Both the position numbers and the translations under genes were made by a program. A stretch of 63,847 nucleotides of DNA, the filler included, from Deltaproteobacteria bacterium (GTDB lineage Bacteria; JACQOV01), in the NCBI GenBank assembly GCA_016202395.1. It is 4 parts of 4 records of this genome, joined end to end, with 100 filler letters (N's around TTAATTAATTAA, not from the genome) between each part and the next. Parts side by side here need not be neighbours in the genome. Positions count along the whole stretch, not along the records: positions 29,335 to 51,653 come from JACQOV010000092.1; positions 51,754 to 57,283 come from JACQOV010000099.1; 2 more parts are not named here. One strand, 5' to 3'. The notes under the pieces were generated by a model. That model made no database searches and was not told where the DNA came from. It worked only from the letters and a program-made list of their open reading frames with translations. Positions 43,548 through 52,940 of this stretch are shown here, in pieces; position 1 is the stretch's first letter; every line of letters begins with the position of its first letter.

Positions 43548-44453
43548 ATGAAACGCATTGACAGTGAAGGAGCCCTAGACCATCTCTTTACGGAGGGGGA
43601 TCCGATCCAAGGGAAACCTCCCACGGTCGTTTCTGCGGATTGGTTGAACCATGTTCAGGAGGAGATCGCCCGATTCATTGAGAGCCGAGGAATAGTATTA
43701 GACGGCTCTCGACAGGATCAACTCACTCAAGCCATTCTGGATGCCATTGAAGCCGAGCTGGTTCCTACCGAAAACCAATTGAATGCCCATATTCAGGATC
43801 AAAGCATTCATTATCCTCAAAGTGATATCGATCATCATAATATTCAGAACCGAGGGAGTAACAGCCATGCTCAGATCGATAGTCACCTCGCGGACGGCAA
43901 TGTTCATTACCCTCAGACCTCCATCGATCATAATAATCTTCAGAACAGGGGTGTTTATGCTCATAGCCAGATTGATTCTCATATCAACGATGGGAATATT
44001 CACTATCCTCCAAGCTCGATAGATCATGGGAATCTGGGAGGCTTGGAGGACGATGATCATCCTCTTTATCCCAATATTTATGAGAATGAGGATATTGAGG
44101 GGGAGTGGACCTTTCCCGGCTATGATCCACCGTTACCCAATGCCGCCAACAAGTATGGATTTGTGAAAGGATGGCTAACGGCGAGGTGGGATACGGCGGC
44201 TTATCAACCCGATGATTCCTATAACGTCTCGAGTCTCACGACCACGGCCAATTCCCAGTTTACGGTGAATTGGGATGTTCAATATGACTGGTTTGTCCAT
44301 CCGGTGGTGGCCGGTTGTGAGAGTTCGGGAGTGACCGCTCATGCCCAGCATAGCACCTCAGCCCGCACGGTAAACATTAAACTCTCTGCGACACCGGGTG
44401 GGGGTGCCTACGTATTTGTGGTTGCTTGTGGAAATCAGCAGTGGGATTCTTGA
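43548..44453 (+). CDS. Short tail fibre with His-rich repeats
   Basis: Mu-type N-terminus RID......FTEGDP....P.T.V.ADWLN.VQEE; three ~32-aa His repeats; C-terminal beta-rich tip (KGWL). Confidence 0.85.
   Translation: MKRIDSEGALDHLFTEGDPIQGKPPTVVSADWLNHVQEEIARFIESRGIVLDGSRQDQLTQAILDAIEAELVPTENQLNAHIQDQSIHYPQSDIDHHNIQNRGSNSHAQIDSHLADGNVHYPQTSIDHNNLQNRGVYAHSQIDSHINDGNIHYPPSSIDHGNLGGLEDDDHPLYPNIYENEDIEGEWTFPGYDPPLPNAANKYGFVKGWLTARWDTAAYQPDDSYNVSSLTTTANSQFTVNWDVQYDWFVHPVVAGCESSGVTAHAQHSTSARTVNIKLSATPGGGAYVFVVACGNQQWDS
43788..44069 (+). repeat. Three degenerate 96-bp tandem coding repeats
   Basis: Units start at 43788, 43884, 43980: H..D...HYP...IDH.N..NRG...H.QIDS. Confidence 0.85.
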
Positions 44454-44475
44454 TGAATAAAGGAGGCACAAGAAG

Positions 44476-45000
44476 ATGAAGATTCGAGTGTTTAGAAAAC
44501 TGGATGATACCGTGATTTATGATATTCCCACGGCTCGATATCAGAAAGAAGAGATGTGGAACAAATGCCCTGTACCGCCGGCCTTTGGATCTTTAGAGAG
44601 GATCGATTTGGAGGACACCGAGATCCCTCGGCCTCAACCCGATGAAGAGTATTATCACGAAATGGTTTATTTTGAGGGGCCGACCCAAAGAGGGAATCTC
44701 AAGATCGATAGAGTCTGGGAGAGGTGTTTGATGCCCTTGGTTTTGATCCAGCAGAAGCAGAGGGTTCGGTGGAATCAGGAGATCGATGGCGAACTCTCGA
44801 AGAAGGCCCCTAATACCCTCAAAATCCTAGAGCTTCAGAGGGAGAAGGAGAGGAGCCAGAGCTGGACTGAGCCCCAATGGTATGAGCAGGCTCTTCGCAA
44901 TCTCCATGAAGAAAATAAACTCAAGCCCATGATTCGCAAGAAGCTCCAAGAGAAAATAGAGGCCTTAAAAAAAGAGATTCGGAGAGATGAAAATGGATAA
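44476..45000 (+). CDS. Hypothetical protein (position of tail fibre assembly chaperone)
   Basis: Strong RBS AAGGAGG; directly after the fibre; C-terminal coiled coil. Confidence 0.55.
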   Translation: MKIRVFRKLDDTVIYDIPTARYQKEEMWNKCPVPPAFGSLERIDLEDTEIPRPQPDEEYYHEMVYFEGPTQRGNLKIDRVWERCLMPLVLIQQKQRVRWNQEIDGELSKKAPNTLKILELQREKERSQSWTEPQWYEQALRNLHEENKLKPMIRKKLQEKIEALKKEIRRDENG

Positions 45001-45256
45001 GCCCATGAATGGGCTTCTGCTCAAATGGGGGACGGCCCTCACCGGCATCTTATTCATTGGTGGCATCGTTGCGGCTCATTTTGCAGGGCTAGAGAAGAGT
45101 CGGGATTATACCGATGCTCAGATCCTCAAACTCGAAGAAAAGATCGATGCTCAGGGAGAAAACCTTGCTCGGTTAAGGGAAGATATCGCGGTAGTGAAAT
45201 CCCTGATCGAGGCCCAGTATGAAGGAGGATCGAGATCCAGACAACTACCCCGGTGA
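44987..45256 (+). CDS. Single-TM coiled-coil protein (holin/XhlA-like)
   Basis: N-terminal TM followed by a coiled coil; lysis-module position. Confidence 0.45.
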   Translation: MKMDKPMNGLLLKWGTALTGILFIGGIVAAHFAGLEKSRDYTDAQILKLEEKIDAQGENLARLREDIAVVKSLIEAQYEGGSRSRQLPR

Positions 45257-45259
45257 AGA

Positions 45260-45559
45260 GTGAGAACGAATAGGAGGGAACATCTTATGGAAGCACGACA
45301 GAGAATAAAAGAGACCTTAGACCCTATCGTCACCACAGTCCTCGAGGATATCCTTATCGTTCTGGTCAATAAACTCATCCCCTTTGGGCAAGGGTACCGG
45401 ACTGCCATCCTATTAACCTTGCTGCCTATTTTGGCTCTCCTCGATGCTTCTGGCGTGGGTCCCGGGGATCTCCTGAAGCGATTGGCCCCCTATGTCTTAG
45501 GCACTGCTATTCCCACAGCCCTGGCCCACCCAAGGAGGCCTCGATCTACTGGGAAATGA
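45260..45559 (+). CDS. Putative holin-like membrane protein
   Basis: GYRT then hydrophobic helices and a basic C-terminus; end of structural operon. Confidence 0.45.
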   Translation: MRTNRREHLMEARQRIKETLDPIVTTVLEDILIVLVNKLIPFGQGYRTAILLTLLPILALLDASGVGPGDLLKRLAPYVLGTAIPTALAHPRRPRSTGK

Positions 45560-45607
45560 GAGCCTCCTGACAAGGGCCCTTTATAGATTTATTTTGGAGG
45601 AGTTTTT

Positions 45608-45823
45608 TTAAGTGGGAGTCGAGGTCTTAAGGGGCTTAACCACAAGAGGGGCTCCCCCTGGAGGGGGAGGGAAGCCCTCTTCATTGTTGATATAGCACCG
45701 ATTGCAGACGTTAGCCGTGATTTGACGCGAGATCGGCACCTGGATATCCGCAGGTTCCTTTTCACAGAAGTCACAGAGAGGTCTGAGGTCCCTTTCTTGT
45801 CGTTTCCTTTTGTCCTTGCCCAT
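45608..45823 (-). CDS. Small CxxC...CxxC zinc-finger protein
   Basis: RBS AAGGAG; CDFC...CNRC; basic N-terminus, Pro-rich tail. Confidence 0.6.
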   Translation of the reverse strand: MGKDKRKRQERDLRPLCDFCEKEPADIQVPISRQITANVCNRCYINNEEGFPPPPGGAPLVVKPLKTSTPT

Positions 45824-45878
45824 AATAGCTTCTCCTTCCCTCGGAACGACTTCTTCATTAAAAAATCCTTAAAAACAG

Positions 45879-45906
45879 TTGACTTTTTTATCTGAACCTC
45901 TATACT
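45879..45906 (+). promoter_or_regulatory. Sigma70-type promoter of the RHH gene
   Basis: TTGACT-16 nt-TATACT. Confidence 0.6.
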
Positions 45907-45965
45907 ACACAAAGTAAGACTTGTATCATATAATGTCTAACAAAGTATAACAACTGGAATACGAT

Positions 45966-46175
45966 ATGTCAAGATCCAAGACGAAGGTTCCTCAAGGATT
46001 TCGGCTCGATCCCCAAGTCGTTGAAACTATAAGGAAAATGGCCGAGTCCGATCCCGTAACTTTCCAATCCTACTCAAAAGTAGTCGATGCGGCACTTTAT
46101 CATTTCACAGCTCTCTCTAGGTCTGATCAGAAGCGGGTCATGGTAGAGTATTTGACTAGAAACATCAAAAAGTAG
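45966..46175 (+). CDS. Ribbon-helix-helix-like DNA-binding protein
   Basis: KVPQGFRLDPQV...I...A........S.VV..AL..F pattern. Confidence 0.6.
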   Translation: MSRSKTKVPQGFRLDPQVVETIRKMAESDPVTFQSYSKVVDAALYHFTALSRSDQKRVMVEYLTRNIKK

Positions 46176-46408
46176 GGCTTAGAAGAAGGGGATATGTAAA
46201 ACCCGGACAATGGTTTGGCTTTTGTTTGGAAGGGTCTCTCCTTGAGATTTCTTCTGGGTGGCAGGGATAGCGTTCTTAAATCAATCACTTGCCATTTGTT
46301 GTGTGCTTTCGTAGAGTTAGCTTGCTAGGGCCGTATGACTTGGTCTTAGATGTTCATTTTGTGCTAGGATAATAGCAAATTCTATTGCAAAAACAGGATC
46401 TTAAATCA

Positions 46409-47953
46409 ATGAAGCCCAACCACCCCATCCAAAAAATTGCCCTCGTTTCTCCTAACCCCCGCATTCCTGATGTGTTGAATTCCGCGATTGGATGTGAAAA
46501 TGCTCTGGTATTAATTGGCACTGTCCTACGAGATCATGGATATGATGTAGAAGTATACGTCGAACGGATAGCTCCTATAGAATGGGAGCGCATTTTTGCA
46601 GCGGATCTTGTGGGTTTTTCAGCCGTATCATGCAGTGTAAACCGTGCTGCTGAAATGGCTGCTAAGATTAAAGAAGTTCGGAATGTCCCTACAATTCTTG
46701 GTGGACCTCACGCTTCATTGGTTCCTGATGATGCTGTGCAACATTTTGACTATGTTGTCAGAGATGAGGGAGAAGCAACAGTTATAGATTTGATTCATGC
46801 ATTAAATAGAGGTATGGATCTCAGCAAAGTAAAGGGCATCTCTTATTTCAAAAATGGGAAATCCTATCATAATCCCGCCAGAGAATATTTGCCCGAGTTT
46901 GGAACAATCGCTGATCTTTCTTTAATACAAGAGTATAACAAATTAAAACCTTGGAAGTTGTTTTTACAAGGTAAGTATCACATGCACTTTGTCGAGACTT
47001 CGAGGGGTTGTCCGTATCCCTGTAAGTTTTGTTGGAGAATTGGCATGAAGACGGTTCGGCATCGCTCTTTTATTAAAGTGGTTGAGGATTTAAAAACTAA
47101 GGCGCAATATGTCCGAGGGATACCCAATATTGTAACCGTAGTAGATAGTTATTTTGGCGTCGATAAAAGAAAAACCAAGGAGCTATTGAAAGAGATTATA
47201 GCCAGTGGTTTTAAAGGGGAGCTACATGTTTTCGCTAGGTGCGAGGTAGCGGGGGATATCGAATTGATACGTTTAATGAAGAAAGCAGGAGTGAAGTGGA
47301 TATTTATGGGTATCGAGTCGATAAATGATGAGAACCTGGAATACTTTGATAAAAGACAAACGGTGGACGATGTAACGAAGGCCCTAAAGATTATTCGGAA
47401 ACATGGTATTTATGTTACGGCAAGTATCATCTTAGGCTCCGATGTTGATACTCAAGATGCTTATATTCGTGCCATGGAATTTTGTAAAAAACACGATGTT
47501 ACTTGGATTATGTTTAATATTTTGACAGATCTCCCCTATGGTCAGGAAAGAACTATTCCTCAATGGCGCATTTTTCAGAGAAACTGGGATTATTATAATG
47601 GGATGTTCGTTAATCATTTTCCTAAAAATATTAGACCTAGCGAGCTTCAGCAACAGTTATATGACGGCTATCGGTCACACCATTCTTTGGCAAACATTTG
47701 GCGTAATTTATTTCGTGGCAAGATATCTACCACCTTCTATCTTATATTTCGTGGACTTACGATGAGGCCAATCTATGAGGAAATAAGATCCTATATTCCT
47801 CAACTTAAAAAGATAGAGCAGGGCTTATATGACGAGAATGGTTACTTGATTGAGGATAAGCTTGTATCGTTTCGAGAACCGGGGATCGTTCCTTCACCAG
47901 TGCCATTACATGGTGAACCTGTTATAGAACCCCTTGTCGGAGTAACAGTGTGA
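46409..47953 (+). CDS. B12-binding radical SAM enzyme (class B methylase-like)
   Basis: DLVGFS, ILGGPHAS, DYVVR.EGE, SRGCPYPCKFC, MGIES; start at ATG 46409 (ORF open from 46385). Confidence 0.9.
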   Translation: MKPNHPIQKIALVSPNPRIPDVLNSAIGCENALVLIGTVLRDHGYDVEVYVERIAPIEWERIFAADLVGFSAVSCSVNRAAEMAAKIKEVRNVPTILGGPHASLVPDDAVQHFDYVVRDEGEATVIDLIHALNRGMDLSKVKGISYFKNGKSYHNPAREYLPEFGTIADLSLIQEYNKLKPWKLFLQGKYHMHFVETSRGCPYPCKFCWRIGMKTVRHRSFIKVVEDLKTKAQYVRGIPNIVTVVDSYFGVDKRKTKELLKEIIASGFKGELHVFARCEVAGDIELIRLMKKAGVKWIFMGIESINDENLEYFDKRQTVDDVTKALKIIRKHGIYVTASIILGSDVDTQDAYIRAMEFCKKHDVTWIMFNILTDLPYGQERTIPQWRIFQRNWDYYNGMFVNHFPKNIRPSELQQQLYDGYRSHHSLANIWRNLFRGKISTTFYLIFRGLTMRPIYEEIRSYIPQLKKIEQGLYDENGYLIEDKLVSFREPGIVPSPVPLHGEPVIEPLVGVTV

Positions 47954-47960
47954 GGATTAT

Positions 47961-50327
47961 ATGGTTCGTTTTGTCCGTTGGATTTTAAATCACCCTATAT
48001 TCGCTCTAATTTTTCTACTCGTTCCCACTCTATATTTTGTAACCAAGATTTCCCATCTCGAAATAAATACTTCTCAAGAGGCTATGTTTGGCCCTGATGA
48101 TCCCGAGATGCAATATTATAAAGATTTCATTAAAGACTTTGGGAGCGATGAGGTCCTTTTTGTGTTTTTTGAGCAGCCCGATGTGTTCAATATCAATGTT
48201 CTCAAAACAATGGACCGGATGACGAAACGCTTTCAATCGATCCAGCATGTGGAGCAAGTCATCAGCCTCACTAATTTTAATATGGTTTATAACCAAGAGG
48301 ATACTTTAGTTGTTAGCTCCATTGAAGATGAACTTGCTTTACTTAAACAAGAGGACCTTTCAAAAATAAAACAAAGAGTTCTCGAGGATGGGATTTCTTA
48401 TAAAGTGCCTATTGTTTCTGAGGGGGGTCGCGGGAGTGGGCTTGCATTGCATTTGCAAAAAATAGAGGATCCCCATTATCGCAAAAAGATCGTTCAAGAA
48501 GTGCGTCAGATTGTCGCGGAGGAAGAAAAAGAAACAGGGATAAAATTTTATATTGGTGGGAACCCTTTTGCTCAAGTGTCCTTGGATGCGGCTTACTATC
48601 GGGACATGAATCTCATTGCCCCATTGATGTTTGTTATGGTTCTAATGGTGTTGTTGTTTATCTTTCGTCGCCCGGTTTATTCTTGTTTGCCACTTTTCAT
48701 AATTATTGTCAGCGCTATTTGGGCATTTGGATTTATCTCAGCGATGGGTTGGTATGTGACGCCTTTGAGTGAGATTGCTCTTCCCGTTTTGGTAATTTAT
48801 AGCGTGCTCAATGGAATTCATTTTTTGAATGCCTTTCGGAACCGATTTGCAGAGGAGCCTTCTCGTCGTTCTGCGCTTCTACGGACTGTTGAAAGGATTT
48901 GGAAACCTTGTTTTTATGCGAGCGCTACAACGGCGTTGGGGTTCTTATCATTAACGATAAGCTCCGTTGCGATGGTAAGAGATTTGGGTTTTTATTGTGC
49001 CTTTGGGATTATTGTGGCATGGACAATGACATTTTTTCTATTGCCCCTGTTTCTGGATAAAATCTCGTGGATGACGGTTCCTCCAAAGATTAAAAAGAGT
49101 TCCACCCTTTCGGGATTATTAAATGGAATGACTAAGTTTGCACAGGATCATCGTCCAACAATTTTTATTGCAGTATTGGGAGTTTTGGGATTATTTGCCT
49201 ATTGGTCGCGGTCAATCACCGTGGATACCAATAGCCTTAAACTTTTTAAAGACGATGCAGAGGTTGTTCAGAGTGAAGCTGCTGCGAGGCAAATTTTTGG
49301 TTTATGGTCTCCCATCGAGGTTTCAGTGAAGGTTAAAAATAGTTCCAATTTTTCGAATCCTCGTTTTTTACAGGAAATTGAGAAGTTACAGGTCTATTTG
49401 GAAAATCTGCCTTCGATTGAGAAGACAATATCTATTTTGGATATTATAAAGAAAGCAAACCAGGAACTACATAATGGGGAGTCCCTTTACTATTCCATTC
49501 CGGATTCTTCCCAAGAAATAGACCGATTGTTAGGATTTATAGATCTTGTGGGTGGACAAAAAGGATTAAGAGCGTACCTCACTGAAGATTATACCCGTAC
49601 AAGAATAACAGGTAGAACTGCCGTCATGCCTTCCCGGCAGTATGCGGCCCTTTCCGATCAGATTGATCAGTACGTTAAAAAGGAGATCTCCCCTAATCTC
49701 GAAGTTCGGCTGACCGGCGATACCGTTGTGAGCCAAGCGTTATTAGCGCGCATATTATTAACAGAGATTCAAAGCTTTGCTCTGGCTTTTGTTCTGATCT
49801 TTATTCTCATTGCGTTATCACTCAGGTCTTGGGGATTGGCACTGATTGCTATACCACCAAATATTTTCCCAGTGGTCATCATATCTGGAATAATGGGTAA
49901 ATTTAACATCGGTTTAGATGTTGGGACGTGCACGGTAGCAAGTATCGTTATTGCTATGGCCGTAGATGACACTATACATTTCCTGCATCGCTTTAAAGAG
50001 GAGCTAAAAATCAGTGGAGGATATACCTCAGCTGTTTGGACTACAATGGCAACAGTTGGACCTCCCATAGTTTACACTTCTCTTGTTCTTGCAGCTGGTT
50101 TCTGGGTGCTGATTTTCTCATCTTATGTTCCCGCCCTTAATTTTGGTTTTCTTTCGGGGGTTGCTGTTCTTGGCGCTTTGATTGGAGATATCATAATTCT
50201 CCCGGCATTGCTTTTGTTATTTCGACCTATAAAGGTAGAGCAGGCCGTTTCGGATGTTGAAACGAACCTGACTCCTAAAGTTTTAGATCTTACAAAGGAC
50301 TCATGTAATGGCGGAAGAGAGCTTTAG
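47961..50327 (+). CDS. MMPL/RND-family lipid exporter
   Basis: Two MMPL repeats; TTALGFLSL, IAMAVDDTIHF, FG.L......AL..D...LPALL. Confidence 0.9.
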   Translation: MVRFVRWILNHPIFALIFLLVPTLYFVTKISHLEINTSQEAMFGPDDPEMQYYKDFIKDFGSDEVLFVFFEQPDVFNINVLKTMDRMTKRFQSIQHVEQVISLTNFNMVYNQEDTLVVSSIEDELALLKQEDLSKIKQRVLEDGISYKVPIVSEGGRGSGLALHLQKIEDPHYRKKIVQEVRQIVAEEEKETGIKFYIGGNPFAQVSLDAAYYRDMNLIAPLMFVMVLMVLLFIFRRPVYSCLPLFIIIVSAIWAFGFISAMGWYVTPLSEIALPVLVIYSVLNGIHFLNAFRNRFAEEPSRRSALLRTVERIWKPCFYASATTALGFLSLTISSVAMVRDLGFYCAFGIIVAWTMTFFLLPLFLDKISWMTVPPKIKKSSTLSGLLNGMTKFAQDHRPTIFIAVLGVLGLFAYWSRSITVDTNSLKLFKDDAEVVQSEAAARQIFGLWSPIEVSVKVKNSSNFSNPRFLQEIEKLQVYLENLPSIEKTISILDIIKKANQELHNGESLYYSIPDSSQEIDRLLGFIDLVGGQKGLRAYLTEDYTRTRITGRTAVMPSRQYAALSDQIDQYVKKEISPNLEVRLTGDTVVSQALLARILLTEIQSFALAFVLIFILIALSLRSWGLALIAIPPNIFPVVIISGIMGKFNIGLDVGTCTVASIVIAMAVDDTIHFLHRFKEELKISGGYTSAVWTTMATVGPPIVYTSLVLAAGFWVLIFSSYVPALNFGFLSGVAVLGALIGDIIILPALLLLFRPIKVEQAVSDVETNLTPKVLDLTKDSCNGGREL

Positions 50328-50345
50328 GAATTGGGTGGAGGTTTT

Positions 50346-51653
50346 ATGGTCCGACAGATATCTTTGGTTATACAGAATTTTCTGGGCTACGGGCTTATCT
50401 TAGGTTTTATTCTCTTGTCCGTGATCACTTTTAGCGATGCATATCATCGGGAAGGGGAGAAATTTCCTGGTTTCTTGGTTTACTCTAATCTTATTGTTTC
50501 TCCCTTGAAACTTTCCTCTTGGAATGCTCAAGAAATCCACTATCCCATGAGAGTCACTTCCATCAATGACATACCAGTCAGCAATTATTCTGATTTGATG
50601 GATTTGACCATGACTTTACCCGCGGGACAAGAAGTTCCTTTTACTTTTGATGTTTCTGGAACGACCGTCTCATATCTTTCAAGGATCGCCCTATTTCAAA
50701 AGAGGGATCTACTGGCTTTATATGGAGTTTTTTTAGTTAGTGCCTTTGTTTTCTTCCTTTGCGGCTTGATCTTATGGTTTTCCAAGAGCCAGGATGAAAG
50801 TGCCAGGCTATTGTTTTTCTTTTGTTTATTAGCCGCATGCACGGTTTTACTTGTATTTGATATGAGTTCTACTCATCGATTTTGGCGCCTTCACCTGGGT
50901 TTAATACCGATCCTCTCCGCTTCTTTGGTCCATCTGAGTTTTTATTTTCCGACTCCCCGTTCATTTTTAAAGATGCATCCTTCGGCTCAATGGTATCCAT
51001 ATTTATTTTCGATCTTCATGATGTTACTTCTACAGAGTTTTTTTTATGAAGCTAGGGAATTCTGGCTTTTAGTGGATCAGTTTAACATGGCTCTACTCTT
51101 TTTGGCGGGCCTCATTTTTGTGTTGACGATGGGGGTTTTATATCGCGAATTGGAAACTGTTACTGGTAAATTACAAGCGAAGGCATTACTCATTGGGGGG
51201 AGCATGCCTTTTGGGATTCCGATCTTAGTTTGGATCTTAGGTAAGACGGGTGATCTCCATGCTTCTTTAAATCTTGCAATGCTCTCAATCGCGGCTTTCC
51301 CTATGTCGATTTTTTATACAATTGTAAAACATGACCTCTTTGGTTTGGGTGGAACGGTAAAAAAAATTGCGGCGTTAACTTTTTTGACTGTAGCTTTTTC
51401 TTTGGGATACCTTGCGATAGTGTTAATAACAGGGCAACGTCTGGGATTTTCAGAAGAGTTCCAGAATCCCTTGTTAATACTGATTCCTTTTGGGTTATTG
51501 GCGATTTTTGTGGGGTTGTTTTATGGATGGGAGACCAGTTTTTTCAAGCGAGCCCTTTTTAGCCGAAGTGAGAAGTATCGTTTATTAATTGAAGGATTGA
51601 GTTCTTTGTTATCACAATTTTTAGATAAAGAACAAATAATAAAAATTTTTCAA
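50346..51653 (+). CDS. Membrane sensor protein (PDZ-like plus multi-TM), 5' fragment
   Basis: FPGFLV, extracytoplasmic domain, multiple TMs, HL..YFP, Y.IVKHDLF; cut by gap before the output domain. Confidence 0.7.
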
Positions 51654-51753
51654 NNNNNNNNNNNNNNNNNNNNNNNNNNNNNNNNNNNNNNNNNNNNTTA
51701 ATTAATTAANNNNNNNNNNNNNNNNNNNNNNNNNNNNNNNNNNNNNNNNNNNN
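51654..51753. other. Assembly spacer (artificial contig join)
   Basis: N runs with TTAATTAATTAA. Confidence 0.98.
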
Positions 51754-51808
51754 CCCAGGCGCGCGGACTGTGGAGCACGCCTGGGGGAAGCCCCATGACA
51801 GGACCCGC
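51754..51808. repeat. Partial copy of the 54.4-kb palindromic element at contig end
   Basis: CCCAGGCGCGCGGACTGTGGAGCACGCCTGGGG...GACAGGACCC matches the reverse complement of ~54497-54549. Confidence 0.8.
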
Positions 51809-51882
51809 GAGGTCAAGCAGTACAGCTATCCAGAGCAAGGTTGATTCTGGATAGAGAGGTGTGTTAGGTTTGGGGCGTTTTT

Positions 51883-52452
51883 ATGCGGGTGATTGCGGGG
51901 AAGTACAAAGGTCGTCGTTTATATGCTCCTGCCTCGGCGGGGGTTCGGCCCGCTTTGGACAAGGTAAAGGGGGCCGTCTTTAATATTTTGGCTGGTTGTG
52001 TTGAAGGAGGAGCGGCTCTGGATCTTTTTGCGGGGACGGGGAGTGTCGGTTTGGAAGCCTTGAGTCGCGGCGCTCGGCATTGTGTTTTTGTGGAGAACCA
52101 TCGAGAGGTGGTCAAGGCTTTGCGGCGAAATATTGGATCTTGTGGGGCTCTATCGGAATCGGAGGTCCTTCCGATGCCTGTAGAGAGAGCTTTGCGTAAA
52201 CTCTCCCAAAGAGGGGAATATTACGATCTTATTTTTGTCGATCCTCCCTATGATCGATCTTGGATTGAAAAGACGCTCCCTTTATTAGGGGGAGGAGACT
52301 GGAGCCAGCAGGGGAGCACGATGATTGTGGAACACAGTCCACGAGAATCGGTTGCAGATCGTTACGGTTGTTGGGTGCTCATGGATAAAAGGGCTTATGG
52401 GCAAACACGGATTACTTTTTTTAAGCACCACGAAGAGGAGGGGAACCGATGA
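51883..52452 (+). CDS. rsmD: 16S rRNA m2G966 methyltransferase
   Basis: MRVIAGKYKGRRL, LDLFAGTGSVGLEALSRGA, DPPY, YG.T. Confidence 0.95.
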   Translation: MRVIAGKYKGRRLYAPASAGVRPALDKVKGAVFNILAGCVEGGAALDLFAGTGSVGLEALSRGARHCVFVENHREVVKALRRNIGSCGALSESEVLPMPVERALRKLSQRGEYYDLIFVDPPYDRSWIEKTLPLLGGGDWSQQGSTMIVEHSPRESVADRYGCWVLMDKRAYGQTRITFFKHHEEEGNR

Positions 52453-52940
52453 AAATAGCCGTTTACCCAGGATCTTTTGACCCGCCGACCTATGGTCATG
52501 TGAACATCGTCGAAAGAAGCATCCAAGTTTTTGATAAAGTGATTGTAGCGGTGGCTACAAACAGCAGCAAACAAACTACCTTTACCCCGCAGGAGCGGGT
52601 GGAGATCTTGCGAACCTTATTTGAGAAGGAGCCACGTGTGGAGGTGGATGGATTTGAAGGGTTGCTGGTGGACTATGTTAAAAAGAAGAAGGCTACAGCG
52701 ATTCTTCGGGGACTGCGAACCGTGTACGATTTTGAATTTGAATTCCAGATGGCATTGGCCAACAAAAAACTTGACGAGCGGATCGATACCGTCTTTATGA
52801 TGACCGATGCCAAATACGCTTTTTACAGCTCGAGCATTATCAAAGAGATCGTTCGTCTTGCAGGGGAGACGCGAGGAATGCTACCACCGATTGTGGAAGA
52901 ACGTTTAAAGAAAAAGATTTATTCTAAGAAAGGGAGATAA
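52449..52940 (+). CDS. coaD: Phosphopantetheine adenylyltransferase
   Basis: AVYPGSFDPPTYGH, RGLR...DFEFE.QMA, SSS..KE. Confidence 0.97.
   Translation: MKIAVYPGSFDPPTYGHVNIVERSIQVFDKVIVAVATNSSKQTTFTPQERVEILRTLFEKEPRVEVDGFEGLLVDYVKKKKATAILRGLRTVYDFEFEFQMALANKKLDERIDTVFMMTDAKYAFYSSSIIKEIVRLAGETRGMLPPIVEERLKKKIYSKKGR

Larger units (their letters stand above)
29913..46175. mobile_element. Mu-like phage structural gene cluster (capsid plus contractile tail), no packaging/integration genes
   Basis: Colinear protease-MCP, DUF2190, head-tail joining, terminator, DUF2635, sheath, tube, TAC, TMP, gpN, gp44-48, fibre, holin-like genes. Confidence 0.9.

Noticed and set aside
43788-44069. Fibre repeats as a CRISPR array or DGR template/variable pair
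   Set aside because: Degenerate in-frame coding repeats without spacers; no cas or reverse transcriptase gene nearby
45589-45912. 107-aa minus-strand ORF
   Set aside because: The overlapping 71-aa frame has the RBS and the CxxC pairs; this frame starts inside the promoter region
29900-46400. attL/attR or Mu-type ends bounding the phage cluster
   Set aside because: No convincing direct repeat or tRNA found by eye; a computational repeat search is still needed
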